Below, one piece after another: positions 27,713 to 38,929 of a stretch of DNA of 64,000 nucleotides. Under the pieces are notes generated by a model. It was not told where the DNA came from. It saw nothing but the letters and a program-made list of their open reading frames with translations, and did no database searches. Both the position numbers and the translations under genes were made by a program. Origin of the DNA: an uncultured Gemmatimonadales bacterium (GTDB taxonomy: Bacteria > Gemmatimonadota > Gemmatimonadetes > Longimicrobiales > RSA9); the NCBI GenBank assembly GCA_963798085.1, contig CAWCRS010000003.1:448001-512000 (forward strand), written 5' to 3'. The number at the start of each line of letters is the position of its first letter. The stretch's first letter is position 1.

Positions 27713-30307
27713 TCATGCGGCCCGCACGATGCGGCTGAGCCGCAGTGAATTGGAAACCACGCTCACGGAGCTGAGGGCCATTGCCGCGCTCGCGAACACG
27801 GGCGATAGCAGCAGACCGAACGCCGGGTAGAGCACGCCGGCCGCAATGGGAATGCCGATGATGTTGTAGGCGAATGCCCAGAAGAGGTTCTGGCGGATCA
27901 CGCGCAGTGTGCGTCGCGAGAACTCGATGGCATGGGCAATGCCGGCCGGGTCACCGCCCACCAGCGTGACATCGGATGCTTCAAGCGCCACGTCCGTGCC
28001 CGTGCCGATGGCCATGCCCACATCGGCCTCGGCCAGCGCGGGCGCATCGTTGATGCCGTCACCCACCATGGCCACCCGCCGGCCACTCTCGCTGCGCAGC
28101 TGCCTGACAATGCGTGCCTTCTCCGCGGGCAGCACGCCCGCAATGACGCGTTCGATGCCGACCTCCTTTGCCACCGCGTTCGCCGTGCGCTCCGCATCGC
28201 CTGTCACCATCACCACCTCGGCGCCCAGCGCGCGCAGCCGCTGCACGGCGGCGCGGCTGCCCGGCCTCACGGCATCGGACACACCGAGCACGCCGGCGAC
28301 AGTCTCGTCAATTGCGACTAACACTGCCGTACGACCGCGGCCTGCCATTGCGGTCGCGGCGGCCTCTGCGCCCTGCGTCCTGATGCCACGCGCCTCGAGC
28401 AGCGCGAGATTGCCCACGATCACCCGGCGACCAGCGACGCTCCCCTCGACGCCACGACCGCCGTACGACTCGAACTCTGACGCTTCGAACAATGGAAGCC
28501 CGCGCTGTGCCGCCGCATTCACGACTGCCGCAGCCAGCGGGTGCTCGGAGGCGCGCTCCAGTGACGCGGCCAGCAGAAGCATGTCGTCGGCATCGAAGCC
28601 GTTCGCCGTGTCCGTTTCGACGACGGTCGGCCTGCCCTCGGTGAGTGTGCCCGTCTTGTCGAGGATCACCGTTCCCACGCGGCCCGCCGACTCCAGGCTG
28701 GCACCGCCGCGGAAGAGGACGCCGCGGCGGGCCGCCGCGCCCGTGGCCACCATGACCGCCGTCGGCGTGGCCAGGCCCATGGCACACGGACACGCGATGA
28801 TCAGCACGGTGACGAATGAGACGAGCGCATAGAGGTACGCTGGCGGCGGACCGAAAACGTACCACAGCACGAACGCGACAATCGCAACGGATACGACGAC
28901 CGGTACGAACACACCCGCAATGCGGTCGGCCAGTCGCTGAATGGGCGCGCGCGTCGACTGCGCCTCCTGCACCATGCGCACGATCTGCGCGAGCGCGGTG
29001 TCCCGCCCCACGCGCGTCGCGCGAAAACGGAACGCGCCGCTGCCGTTCACGGAACCGCCCACGACTTCATCGCCGACGCCTTTCTCGACCGGCAGCGGCT
29101 CGCCGGTCAGCATCGACTCGTCCACGGCACTGCGTCCCGCTGTGACCACACCGTCGACGGGAATGCGCTCGCCCGGATGCACGGCAATGACATCGTCCGG
29201 CGCCAGCGCGGCTACTTCGACATCGACCTCGCTGCCCTCGCGCAGCACCTTCGCCGTCTTCGGCTGCAGGCCCATGAGCGCGCGGATCGCGTCACCCGTG
29301 CGGGCACGCGCGCCGCTCTCCAGCATCTTGCCCAGCAGCACCAGCGCCAGAATCACCGGCACCGCCTCGAAATAGACATCGACGGACAGGCCCGAACGCG
29401 CGAACAAACCCGGTATTACGGTGACCACCGCGCTGTACGCCCAGGCTGCGCCCGTGCCCAGCGCGATCAGCGTGTTCATGTCCGCCGTGCCGTGCAGCAG
29501 TCCGCTGTACGCGCCCCGGAAGAACTGCCGGCCCGACCAGAACAGCACGGGCGTGGTGAGCAGGAGCAGCACCCAGCGCAGGGCGGCCGGCGGAACCAGG
29601 CCGAGTCCCGGCACCGCACGAATCATCAGACTCGCGAAAGGCATCATCAGCCGGTCGAACAGGTCGGCCGGACCCGCCGACTCGGCGTGTGCCGCCATCA
29701 GAGGCGTGGAGAGCAGCATGGCCAGCACGCCCGCCACTGCGGCCACGATGAAGCGCGCACGCAGCATCCGGTACTCGCGTGCCCGCGCCTGCTTCTCCAG
29801 CTCGACCGGGTCACCCGCATCAATGGGAGAGGCGAGCTCATAACCGGCGTGTTCCACGGCCTGCTGCAGCTCCGCTGGTGTCGTGCTGTCCGGCAGATAC
29901 TCGACCCGCGCCTGACCCGTTGTCAGACTGACGCCCGCGTGCAGCACGCCCGGCAGCCGCAGCAGCGCGCGCTCGACGGGCGAGGCCGTAGCCGCCCATT
30001 CCAGTCCGGCAATCGGCAGGATGGCTGTAACCGTGCGCGCGTCGTATCCAGCCGCGCGCACCAGTCCGACGAGCGTCGTCGCATTACTCAACGACGGATC
30101 GTACGTGACCACTGCACGCTCGGTCCCGAAGTTGACTGCTGCCTCGTCGACACCAGCGCCCTTCTGCAGTTTGCGCTGTATGCGCGAGGCGCACGCGGCG
30201 CACGTCATTCCCACCAGCGGGATCTGAATGCGCGCCGCGCCCCGCCGTCCGGCTTCCAGCGTGCCGGTCGCTTGCACCGCGGTCAGCGAATCCGTCTCGT
30301 GCGCCAT
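27713..30307 (-). CDS. copA: Cu(I)-translocating P1B-type ATPase
   Basis: [35 protein letters not shown]; second HMA lacks CxxC. Confidence 0.95.
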   Translation of the reverse strand: MAHETDSLTAVQATGTLEAGRRGAARIQIPLVGMTCAACASRIQRKLQKGAGVDEAAVNFGTERAVVTYDPSLSNATTLVGLVRAAGYDARTVTAILPIAGLEWAATASPVERALLRLPGVLHAGVSLTTGQARVEYLPDSTTPAELQQAVEHAGYELASPIDAGDPVELEKQARAREYRMLRARFIVAAVAGVLAMLLSTPLMAAHAESAGPADLFDRLMMPFASLMIRAVPGLGLVPPAALRWVLLLLTTPVLFWSGRQFFRGAYSGLLHGTADMNTLIALGTGAAWAYSAVVTVIPGLFARSGLSVDVYFEAVPVILALVLLGKMLESGARARTGDAIRALMGLQPKTAKVLREGSEVDVEVAALAPDDVIAVHPGERIPVDGVVTAGRSAVDESMLTGEPLPVEKGVGDEVVGGSVNGSGAFRFRATRVGRDTALAQIVRMVQEAQSTRAPIQRLADRIAGVFVPVVVSVAIVAFVLWYVFGPPPAYLYALVSFVTVLIIACPCAMGLATPTAVMVATGAAARRGVLFRGGASLESAGRVGTVILDKTGTLTEGRPTVVETDTANGFDADDMLLLAASLERASEHPLAAAVVNAAAQRGLPLFEASEFESYGGRGVEGSVAGRRVIVGNLALLEARGIRTQGAEAAATAMAGRGRTAVLVAIDETVAGVLGVSDAVRPGSRAAVQRLRALGAEVVMVTGDAERTANAVAKEVGIERVIAGVLPAEKARIVRQLRSESGRRVAMVGDGINDAPALAEADVGMAIGTGTDVALEASDVTLVGGDPAGIAHAIEFSRRTLRVIRQNLFWAFAYNIIGIPIAAGVLYPAFGLLLSPVFASAAMALSSVSVVSNSLRLSRIVRAA

Positions 30308-30315
30308 GCCCCTGC

Positions 30316-30759
30316 TCAGCGAGCGTGCGTGTACATGAGGTCCAGCACTTCCTGGTAGGCGCGCTCCGCGTCCAGCCGGTCACCCGAGCGCAGCGCATCC
30401 GTAACACAGTGTTGCAGATGATTGCGCATGAGCAGCTTGCTCACGCCGCGCAGCGCCTCCTGCACGGCCGATACCTGCACCAGGATGTCAGCGCAGTAGC
30501 GCCCTTCCTCCACCATGCGGTGCACCCCGCGGATCTGACCCTCTATGCGACGCAGCCGGTCCAGTGCCCGGCGCTGGATCTGCGGCTCCACACCCGCAGC
30601 CATGCGCAGGCCCGCCTCTCCCGGGACAGCCTCGGCCTCGCCTGGCTGGTGCACGGGCAGCGGCGGCCGTGCGGGCGCGGTGCCGGCGGCCGTGTTCGGC
30701 CGGGCCCGTGCGGTCGTGGCACTGCGGCTGCGCGTCGTCGTGCGTCGTCGTTCGCTCAT
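30316..30759 (-). CDS. csoR: CsoR-family metal-sensing repressor
   Basis: [23 protein letters not shown]; long low-complexity N-terminus, start may lie further downstream. Confidence 0.9.
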   Translation of the reverse strand: MSERRRTTTRSRSATTARARPNTAAGTAPARPPLPVHQPGEAEAVPGEAGLRMAAGVEPQIQRRALDRLRRIEGQIRGVHRMVEEGRYCADILVQVSAVQEALRGVSKLLMRNHLQHCVTDALRSGDRLDAERAYQEVLDLMYTHAR

Positions 30760-30763
30760 GATG

Positions 30764-30787
30764 CCATACCCCCCTAGGGTATAGTAT
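30764..30787 (-). promoter_or_regulatory. CsoR operator overlapping a -10 element
   Basis: ATACCCTAGGGGGGTAT pseudo-palindrome (TAC/GTA flanking a G tract) just upstream of csoR; TACTAT -10 adjacent. Confidence 0.85.
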
Positions 30788-30998
30788 CGCCCCGCTGCGC
30801 GCTCTGCGCAAGTCACCACCTCCCCGCCTGACCCGACACCCAGCCTCACGGGCCGCACGCGCTCCGCACCGCCGACGCCAGACCCGGCCTGACCGTCGCC
30901 CGCCGACAATCTCGTTACCGCCCGGTTGCCGACCTCCGTCGATCCGCGTTTACATTAGGCGCCGGGATCGTACGCCTGTCTTTCCGTATTCGAGGCAC

Positions 30999-32663
30999 AT
31001 GAGAAACAGAACCGACTGGACGCTACGGAGCAGCGCGCTGCCGCTGCTCGCTGCACTGCTCACTCTGGTCGCCGCGCGATCCGCCGGGCCGCAGCCTCGC
31101 GCTGTCGTCGGGAAAGCGGGTGCCGCGACTGTCCACACGCAGCAGGACGCGCCGCGGCTGGTCGTAATTCTGGTGGTCGATCAGCTGCGCGCCGATCTGC
31201 TCGACCGCTATGACGCGCTGTTCAAGGGCGGCTTTCGCCGGCTGCGTGATGGCGGCTTCCGCTTCACCAATGGCACCCAGGATCATGGCGATACGGAGAC
31301 CGGTCCCGGACATGCCGCGATATCGACGGGACTCTTCCCTGCGCACAACGGCATCACCTCGAACGAGTGGCACGAGCTGGGCGCCGACGGGCAATGGCAC
31401 CTCATGTACTGTGTGGGCGACAGCAAATCACCGATCGTCGGGCAGCCGGAGGCCCCGGGACGTTCGCCGGCCAACCTCTTTCACGGCGGCTTCGCGGATT
31501 GGCTGCTGGCGGCACGGCCGGGCGCCCGCGTTGTTTCCGTTTCGCGCAAGGATCGCGCGGCGATAACGCTCGCGGGCCAGTCGCGAACGCACGTCTACTG
31601 GATCCTGTCGTCGACAGGCCGTTTCGTAACGTCGCGTTATTACGGTGATGCGCTGCCCGGCTGGGTCGCTCGCTTCAATGCGGACTCGATGCCGCGCTAC
31701 TACGCGGACTCGGTGTGGACGCTGCAGGCGCCGCCCGCGGCGGTGCCTCTGGCCCGGCCGGACAGCGCGCGCTACGAGTGGGATGGCGTGCACACCGCGT
31801 TTCCGCATCATTTCGGCGAAGCCGGCGAACCGCGCACAGCGGAGGCATTCAACACGTGGGTGACGGAGCACACGCCCTTCGCGGACGCCGCCACGCTTGC
31901 CCTGGCGCGCACTGCGCTCGTGGCGGATTCGCTGGGTCGTGATGCGATTCCGGACTATCTCGCGGTCAGTGTTTCGCAGACCGACGCCGCGGGGCATGAC
32001 TTCGGGCCTTTCAGTCTGGAGCAGCTGGACAATCTGCTGCGACTGGATCGCGAGCTGGGCGTATTCTTCGCCGACCTCGACCGCATTGTGGGTCGCGATC
32101 GCTGGCTGCTCGCGCTTTCCGCGGATCACGGCGTGATGACCGAGCCGGAGTATGTGCTCGAGCATGGCGGTCAGGCGCACCGCATTTCACGCGAAGAATC
32201 CGCGCGCATGCGACAGATCACACAGGGCGCAACGGCTGCGGGTGGTGGTGCGGCCGCCATTCGGGACCGCGCCAGTGCCGCCCTTGCGGCCCTGCCCTGG
32301 GTATCGGCCGTCTACTCCTATGAGCAGTTGGGTGCGGAAACGGCGCCCGCCGATTCGTTCATCCGGCTGTACCGCAATTCCTATGTGCCCGGCCGCGCGT
32401 CCGGCAGCTTCTACCGTCTCGGTCTCGCCGTGCGCTGGACCGAGGGCACGATCGCGGACCCGCACGGCTCGACGCACGGCACGGCGTACCTCTACGACCG
32501 CACGGTGCCCATTCTGTTTTATGGAGCGGGGATACGTCAGGGCGTATCGGCGGTTCCCGCGCACACCGTCGACATTGCGCCCACGCTGGCCGCGCAGCTC
32601 GGAATTGCGCCGCCGGCCGGTATTGACGGTCGCAGTCTGCAGGGAGAATTGCGACGACGCTGA
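30999..32663 (+). CDS. Alkaline phosphatase family protein (PafA-like), secreted
   Basis: VVDQLR, TGPGHAAISTG, TDAAGH.FGP.S, SADHG, THGT...YD..VP. Confidence 0.9.
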   Translation: MRNRTDWTLRSSALPLLAALLTLVAARSAGPQPRAVVGKAGAATVHTQQDAPRLVVILVVDQLRADLLDRYDALFKGGFRRLRDGGFRFTNGTQDHGDTETGPGHAAISTGLFPAHNGITSNEWHELGADGQWHLMYCVGDSKSPIVGQPEAPGRSPANLFHGGFADWLLAARPGARVVSVSRKDRAAITLAGQSRTHVYWILSSTGRFVTSRYYGDALPGWVARFNADSMPRYYADSVWTLQAPPAAVPLARPDSARYEWDGVHTAFPHHFGEAGEPRTAEAFNTWVTEHTPFADAATLALARTALVADSLGRDAIPDYLAVSVSQTDAAGHDFGPFSLEQLDNLLRLDRELGVFFADLDRIVGRDRWLLALSADHGVMTEPEYVLEHGGQAHRISREESARMRQITQGATAAGGGAAAIRDRASAALAALPWVSAVYSYEQLGAETAPADSFIRLYRNSYVPGRASGSFYRLGLAVRWTEGTIADPHGSTHGTAYLYDRTVPILFYGAGIRQGVSAVPAHTVDIAPTLAAQLGIAPPAGIDGRSLQGELRRR

Positions 32664-32754
32664 TTGCACGCGTCACGCGCAGTGCAGCGTTCCCTCTCGC
32701 CGCACCAGAACACCGACGGCCCGCCAGCGTTGCAGCCGGCGGGCTGTGTCGTGT

Positions 32755-33192
32755 TCAGCCGCGCATCATGGCGTCGATCTGCGTGCGGATTTCGTCCAGC
32801 GTCTTGCCCTGCTTGTGCAGCTCGAAGGCGAGGGCAGCTTCGCGCAGGCAGACTTCGCAGTTCGCGCCGTGGTCGCTTTCGAAGCACGTGAGCAGCGACC
32901 GGTGGCCGAAATTGTGGGCGCACTCGCAGTAGCAGTAGAGCCCGTCCAGAATGCCCGGGATCTCCTTCGCATTGGCGTACACGCGCGCCACGTCGGCTGC
33001 CGCGGCGTAGCGCTCGGCGGGCACGATGTGATCTGCCGTCACGTCGGCGCGCGGCGCGGGATGGTGTCCGCGTCCGCCGCGGCTGGCCAGTCCCCGCCAG
33101 GTCACGGCTCCGGCAAGCAGTATGGCCAGCACCCAGATGAACACGGGAACGCGCGGCGAGGAACGACGGGCATTGCGGTTTCTGCGACTCAT
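32755..33192 (-). CDS. PCYCGC-motif-like membrane-anchored metal-binding protein
   Basis: TM segment then LYCYCEC..NFGH.SL..CF..DHGANCEVC; GGAGG RBS. Confidence 0.85.
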   Translation of the reverse strand: MSRRNRNARRSSPRVPVFIWVLAILLAGAVTWRGLASRGGRGHHPAPRADVTADHIVPAERYAAAADVARVYANAKEIPGILDGLYCYCECAHNFGHRSLLTCFESDHGANCEVCLREAALAFELHKQGKTLDEIRTQIDAMMRG

Positions 33193-33233
33193 GACTCACC
33201 TCCTGGTCGCCGAAAAATCCCGGGACGCCCGGT

Positions 33234-33280
33234 CCCTGTCAACCGTGTAATTGTGACAGGGCCTCGCCAGCGTTTACTTT
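33234..33280. promoter_or_regulatory. Divergent promoter region with 8-bp palindrome and a -10 box suggesting a leaderless transcript
   Basis: CCCTGTCA-N12-TGACAGGG; TACTTT ends 6 nt before ATG 33287 and there is no SD. Confidence 0.5.
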
Positions 33281-33286
33281 TCCGCC

Positions 33287-33841
33287 ATGTTTGAGGATTG
33301 GAAACAGGCGTGGCGAGACGCGGTCGAAAACTTCCGTCGGGAGCTTACCGGTGACGAGCTGTCGGCTGGCGCACGGGCGCGCGGCATGAACCGCGAGCTG
33401 CAGGCTGCGCAGGGTGCGCTGGAGAAGCTGGAGTTCGAGATCAACCGCACGCGGCGTGAGGCCACCGAGGAGCGGGAGAACGAGCAGGTCTGTCGCCGCC
33501 GAGAGGAAATGGCGAGGAAGATCGGCGACGAAGAGACCGTGCGCATCGCCATCGAATTCGCCGTGCGTCATTCGGAGAAGGCCGGTGTGCTCGAGCGCAA
33601 GGTGGTGGTTCTCGTCGAGGAGCGTACCCTGCTGGCGCGCGATCTCGATCACATGAAGGCCGTGCTGGCGGAGCAGGGCATCAGCGTTGAAGAGCCGGTG
33701 GCGCAACTGGACACGGCAGCGCTGCACGAGCTCGCGGAGGAGCGTCGTCGCCAGGACCGTGATTTCGGGCGGCTGGAGCGCGAGGCAAAGGAAAAAGCCG
33801 CGGCCGAACGTCTCGAAGAACTGAAGCGGAAGATGCGCTGA
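33287..33841 (+). CDS. PspA/IM30-like coiled-coil protein
   Basis: All-helical; A.KIGDEET.RIA resembles the PspA A...G.E.LA hinge; C-terminal LEELKRKM. Confidence 0.55.
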   Translation: MFEDWKQAWRDAVENFRRELTGDELSAGARARGMNRELQAAQGALEKLEFEINRTRREATEERENEQVCRRREEMARKIGDEETVRIAIEFAVRHSEKAGVLERKVVVLVEERTLLARDLDHMKAVLAEQGISVEEPVAQLDTAALHELAEERRRQDRDFGRLEREAKEKAAAERLEELKRKMR

Positions 33842-33880
33842 AGCGGCAACGACCCATCGTCGCCTGCCATCCGTTCCCGG

Positions 33881-35284
33881 TCAGCGCCGCATGACCGGCG
33901 ACGCCGCAAACACACTGCTAGCCACGTTTCCCGCCGCTGCGGCGCGGGCCAGCAGGTTCCTGGCCACACCGTAGAGCACGCGTGTGCGATCCGTCGGATC
34001 ACCGGGATCCAGCGGTGTGCCCGAGGTGAACGTGCCCGCCTGCGGGTCGGCCAGCACAATGGCGACGGTCACCGTGGCCGAATCGCCCGGCGCCAGGTGC
34101 AGCGGGCCCGCGGTCACCGAGATGCGCACGTCACCCGATGCGCCCGGCAGATGGCCGATGCGCGGATCGGGATGATCCTTGTCGAAGGACTTCGTGCCAC
34201 TCAGCATCAGCCAGCCGGTCGGCTCACTGATCTGCCCCGCGACCCAGTCGAAGTCGGGCGCCGTCGTGGTCCAGCCGTTGAGGATGATGCGCGTCCCCGC
34301 CGGCGCCTCCACCATGCGCAGCCCCACCAGCCCCGGCCCCCTGTTGTAGCCGGCCTGGAAGTCGTTCTCCTCGAAACGGAAATCGTACGCGAACGCCATG
34401 TTCAGGTCCGGATCGTAGCTCAGCATGTCGTCCGAGGAGATGCCGATGTCCGGGTCCAGCAGAAAGCCAATGTAGGCCTGGTCGTAGCTCAGGCCGCCCG
34501 CGGGAATGGTGTTGTCCAGCGACCGGTATAACGGATTGTTAGTAATGTTCGTGAATGTCAGGTGCAGCAGCACCACGTCCTCCACCGCCTTGCTGGCCAC
34601 GGCGTGCTCCGAGATCTGGATGCCACGCACCGTGGGCCGCCCCAGTGCCCCCGGTGGCGGCACGATCCACGTGTCGTGCGTGATGTCGAGCCGGTCCGCG
34701 GTCTGCACTACCACGGGCGTCGGCCGCCCGGCCAGGTAGACGTTGTCGTAAATGCCCAGCGCCACCGTGTCACGACCACCCAGAATGCCGGCGAATCCCA
34801 CCATGCTCCCGGTCGCGTAGCTGTTGTTCGTGATGTCGGGCCAGAGAATGCCGTTGCCGCCACCCGGCGCAGCGCGCTCCAGGAAGAACGTGCCCACAGG
34901 GTTGTCCGCGAAGCGCACGCGATTCGCTGCGTAGTGGCGGAACTGGTTCGCGTAGCAGAGACCATCGCCGCAGCGATTCACCAGCGGCCCGCTCAGGGTG
35001 AGAACACTGTCGTTGTCCGGCACGAACACGCGCGCCGTGAAACCGTAGAGCGCCTGGAAGGTGTCGATCTGCACCGAGATCTGACGCTGGCCGCCGATGC
35101 GGCGTACCGTGTCGGGCGTCAGGTGTCCCGTATCCTTCTGGTCCACGAGGATGTGTGCGCCGGGCGGATCCGAATCCACGAACACGGTGCCATTCCCGCC
35201 GTTCAGTGGACCGTCCGCCTGGCGGCATCCTGCCAGTAGCAGGAATGCCGCAATCGCTCGCCATCCTCGCCTGTGGTGGAGCAT
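33881..35284 (-). CDS. PEGA-domain lipoprotein
   Basis: Lipobox LAGC; V.SDPPGA.I.VD...TG..TP; beta-rich body with FLLDPDIG. Confidence 0.7.
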   Translation of the reverse strand: MLHHRRGWRAIAAFLLLAGCRQADGPLNGGNGTVFVDSDPPGAHILVDQKDTGHLTPDTVRRIGGQRQISVQIDTFQALYGFTARVFVPDNDSVLTLSGPLVNRCGDGLCYANQFRHYAANRVRFADNPVGTFFLERAAPGGGNGILWPDITNNSYATGSMVGFAGILGGRDTVALGIYDNVYLAGRPTPVVVQTADRLDITHDTWIVPPPGALGRPTVRGIQISEHAVASKAVEDVVLLHLTFTNITNNPLYRSLDNTIPAGGLSYDQAYIGFLLDPDIGISSDDMLSYDPDLNMAFAYDFRFEENDFQAGYNRGPGLVGLRMVEAPAGTRIILNGWTTTAPDFDWVAGQISEPTGWLMLSGTKSFDKDHPDPRIGHLPGASGDVRISVTAGPLHLAPGDSATVTVAIVLADPQAGTFTSGTPLDPGDPTDRTRVLYGVARNLLARAAAAGNVASSVFAASPVMRR

Positions 35285-35296
35285 TTGGCTTTGCGG

Positions 35297-36478
35297 TCAG
35301 AACCTCGCACGGAACAGCGTGAGCGCGACGCCCGGCTCCCGCCTCCGTCCGCCTCTGGTCTCGATGGGCAGCATGCGCATCGTGGGCCACACGTCGCCCG
35401 GGCGCCAGTGTCCGCTGCTCAGCTCGAGCAGCGCATCGCCGCTGTCGTCATCGCCGGGACCCCGCACTGCCGCGTCATAGTGGCGAGTTGCGGCGGCGCC
35501 CATCCCCAGACCTACAACGCTCAGGCCCAGCGGGATCCCTACGCCCACCTTGACATCGTTCGGCTGGATGATGAGATCGAGGCCGGCACCCGCCAGTCCG
35601 CCCATGACACCGGCAATGCTGATGAGCCGGGCACGATTGCGGCTCAGGTTCCAGCCCCGGGCCAGCACTGCGGTGGACAGCAGGCCCACGTCGCCCCCAA
35701 TGAGCGTGGACGCGAGCAGGTCGTCATTCTCGATGCCCGCGATCACACCGCCGGCCAGGCCGAACCATGTGCCCCAGAGTGCGCCGAAATTGACGGTCGA
35801 TGCCACGCCGGCCGGTATCTGCATCTTCGAGATCAGCGTGCCGCCGGCCATTCCGGTCACGCCGCCGATCACCGTCCCGAGGAAGCGCCTGCGTGTGCCG
35901 TTCGCGTCACAGACGCCGGACTCGCAACGGTAGCTTTTCTCGCCCCAGTCCGTCACGTCGGCCCAGCCGAAGCCCTGCCATATCCCCCACGTGCCGCCCA
36001 GGGTGATGGCCCTTGCCTGTCCTTCGCTCAGCGGACGCGAGTGCGCGATGCGCGCACCCGTGAGAAAGCCGACCGGCCCGCCGACCAGCAGGCCCACGCC
36101 AAACGGCGCAGGATCGTTTGCCCCGAACGCTGCGGGCACCGCGACACCCAGCCACAGTCCGAACAGCGTGGACCACACCTGCAGCTCCACACGTCCGCTG
36201 CGCTCCTGCTCTTCTCTTGCTCTGCCGCCGAGCATGGTGCGCGCATCGCCGGCCGCGGAGGTGTCCGCGTAACGGTCGATGATGAGCCCGTAGATGGCAT
36301 TGGCGATGTCCGTGCGACCGGCCGCCGCGAAGTGCTTCGCCGCATCCAGCAGCACGGCCGCGCTGTCCGCGCGTGTCGCCTGACTGGTCTGCGCCCGTGA
36401 TCTGCTAGGCGTGACGAGCCCGCAGACCGAGAGCATCGCCAGGAGTGCGAAGGTGCGGAGTAGCCGGGGGAAGATCAT
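35297..36478 (-). CDS. Hypothetical membrane protein (signal peptide, TPR-like segment, Gly-rich repeated helices)
   Basis: Repeated G..WG.W.G helices; ends in F. Confidence 0.7.
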   Translation of the reverse strand: MIFPRLLRTFALLAMLSVCGLVTPSRSRAQTSQATRADSAAVLLDAAKHFAAAGRTDIANAIYGLIIDRYADTSAAGDARTMLGGRAREEQERSGRVELQVWSTLFGLWLGVAVPAAFGANDPAPFGVGLLVGGPVGFLTGARIAHSRPLSEGQARAITLGGTWGIWQGFGWADVTDWGEKSYRCESGVCDANGTRRRFLGTVIGGVTGMAGGTLISKMQIPAGVASTVNFGALWGTWFGLAGGVIAGIENDDLLASTLIGGDVGLLSTAVLARGWNLSRNRARLISIAGVMGGLAGAGLDLIIQPNDVKVGVGIPLGLSVVGLGMGAAATRHYDAAVRGPGDDDSGDALLELSSGHWRPGDVWPTMRMLPIETRGGRRREPGVALTLFRARF

Positions 36479-36549
36479 GCGCGTTCCGGGGGCGGCCACC
36501 CGGTCACGGGTGTCCGCCTCATTCAATTGATGTCGGGTTTTGGACGGGA

Positions 36550-36855
36550 TCAGGCGTCGGGTCGGTCGCGAACCACCGTCCACTCGAGTACTGCCCGTGC
36601 GCGGCGGGCCGCTTCCAGCGCGGTCTCCAGCTCGCTCACGATGTAGCGTGCGCGCCGGCGCCGGTCCTCCAGCTCCTGGCCGTCGCGTTCTATATCTGCC
36701 ACCGCCTGTATCGCGTGGCTGGAGCGGCGGACAACTTCCCACAGATGCTGCCGGTCGAGTTCGCCTTCACAATCTTGCAGTCGAGCATCGGCTGTGCGAT
36801 CGATTTCCTGTGCAATCATCCGGATCTGATCCTTCGCGAGCATGACATCCTCCAT
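36550..36855 (-). CDS. Hypothetical helical protein
   Basis: Charged helical ORF filling the gap; could start at CTG 36921 behind a purine-rich SD. Confidence 0.55.
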   Translation of the reverse strand: MEDVMLAKDQIRMIAQEIDRTADARLQDCEGELDRQHLWEVVRRSSHAIQAVADIERDGQELEDRRRRARYIVSELETALEAARRARAVLEWTVVRDRPDA

Positions 36856-36952
36856 GATGGCGTGGTTCCGGATGGAGTCGATGAGATCCTCAACGGTGGT
36901 CGTTGATCGGCCAGTCGTCAGGATCCCTCGTTCCTCTTTCAATGACCGCCAT

Positions 36953-38471
36953 TCAGCGCACATCCCCCATGAGTCGCTTGACTCCCGGGCTGACGACCAG
37001 GGCAATGACGCCGGTGACCGCCACGAACATCGCGACACTCGAGAACAGTGCGCTGGGTGCGAGTGATTCCAGCCGGCCCGCGACCAGTCCTGCGAAGAGA
37101 TTGCCGAGAGACGCGCCAATGAACCACACGCCCATCATCTGTCCCACGCGATTGCGCGGCGCCAGCTTGGTGATCGATGAGAGTCCGACCGGCGAGAGGC
37201 ACAGCTCGCCCACCGTGTGCAGGAAGTAGGTGACAACGAGCCAGGCCGGCGAGACCAGGTGCGTGCCGGACGCATTGGCGGCCCCCCAGGCCAGCACGAA
37301 AAAGCCTGCCGCAAGACCCAGCAGACCGAGCGCGAACTTCAGCGGGATCGACGGATTGACGTTGCGGTTCGACAGCGAAGTCCAGACCCAGCCGAAGATC
37401 GGGCGCGAAAATGATGATGAAGATGGGATTGATCGACTGCAGCCAGCTCGCCGGCGCTTCCCAGCCGAAGATCGTGCGGTTCGTCATGCGCTCAGCAAAC
37501 AGATTGAGCGATGAGCCCGCTTGCTCGAAGCCGGACCAGAACAGCGCGGCCAGGATGAACAGCCAGAAGATCACCACCAGCCGTTTCTTCTCCACCGAGT
37601 CGTGCCCGCCCGCCGTCAGCAGATACGCGAAGTAGAGAATCGCCATGATGATGATGCCGTAGCCCAGACCGCGGGCAATCTGCTGCAGGGTGAGCACGAT
37701 CGCGCCCGTCGCCACGAGCACTGCGAACAGCGCCACCGCGAGCACCAGGCCGGCCAGCACCTTGTAGAACGCCGCCGCCTTTTCTCTCGCTTCCGCGGCT
37801 GCTTTCCCCACGAGGATGCCCGCCTGGCCCAGGTACTTGTCACCCATCTTGTACTGGATCAGACCGGCGGCCATGCCGATGCCGGCGAGCGAGAAGCCGT
37901 AATGCCAGTTGTACTGCTCGCCGAAAAGCCCGCACAGCAGCGGCCCCACGAACGCGCCCAGGTTGATGCCCATGTAGAAGATCGAAAAGCCCGCATCACG
38001 GCGCGCGCCGCCTTCCGGATACAGATCACCCACCATTGTGCTCACGTTCGGCTTGAGCAGGCCCGTGCCGAGAATGATCAGGCCCAGTCCCAGAAAGAAC
38101 GTGATCTGGTTGGGTATCGCCATGCTGAAGTGCCCCGCGGCGATGATGCAGCCGCCCACGAACACGGCGCGCCGCTGCCCCCACATGTTGTCCGCGATCC
38201 AGCCGCCCGGCAGGCTCATCAGATAGACCGACGCCGTGTACATCCCGTAGATCGCGGTCGCCCGGCTGATCTCGAAGCCCATGCCAGGGTTCGCACCCGC
38301 AGCCGCAGCGGTCATGAAAAGCACGAGGAGCGCCCGCATACCGTAGTAGCTGAAGCGCTCCCACATTTCCGTGAAGAAGAGTGTGGCCAGCCCTCGGGGC
38401 TGGCCGAAGAACCCGCCTGAAGGAGCGGCCGGGTTGCGAGGCGAGGCGGTGGGTGCCGTCTGGGTCGCCAT
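36953..38471 (-). CDS. POT-family di/tripeptide:H+ symporter; frameshift near 37401
   Basis: EMWERFSYYGM, GTGLLKPN, FYMGINLG, FEQAGSS, GELCLSPVGLS. Confidence 0.92.
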
Positions 38472-38929
38472 GGGTCCTGCCGGTTCGGGTTCGTGAAGCC
38501 GGCCGCAGCCGTCAGCGGCATCGCGGTCGGAGGACAGGCGTTACCTGCGCGCTTGGCGCTTGGCGCTGCCCGCGCGGATGTGGACGCCTCTTGGAATGAG
38601 GCCGGGGACAGAGCCCAATGTAATACCCGCTCTCCTGCCTCTGCCACACCGGGGGATGAGGAGGCGACCTGATGCCGCCGGTCGCCTGCCCTTGCGCCAG
38701 GCTCCCGCGCAGCGCCGATGCACCGGACCTCCTTCGCGACCTGTTCTGATGCGGCCCAAACCCCGTTGCTGCCACTCCCGCCAGTCGCGCCGTGAGGCGT
38801 GTCTGGTAGCCGACGGGCGGCTCCGGGTTCCACACCAGGTCACCGTGTTCTTCGACCCGGTCTGACATGGCTGTGCCCGGCCCCTGCCTGCATTGACGTG
38901 CTTTCGTTTCACCCGACACGGAGGGTCCG

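Noticed and set aside
38472..38929. Riboswitch or small gene upstream of the POT transporter
   Set aside because: Only a generic hairpin near 38662-38687; no recognisable aptamer or convincing ORF
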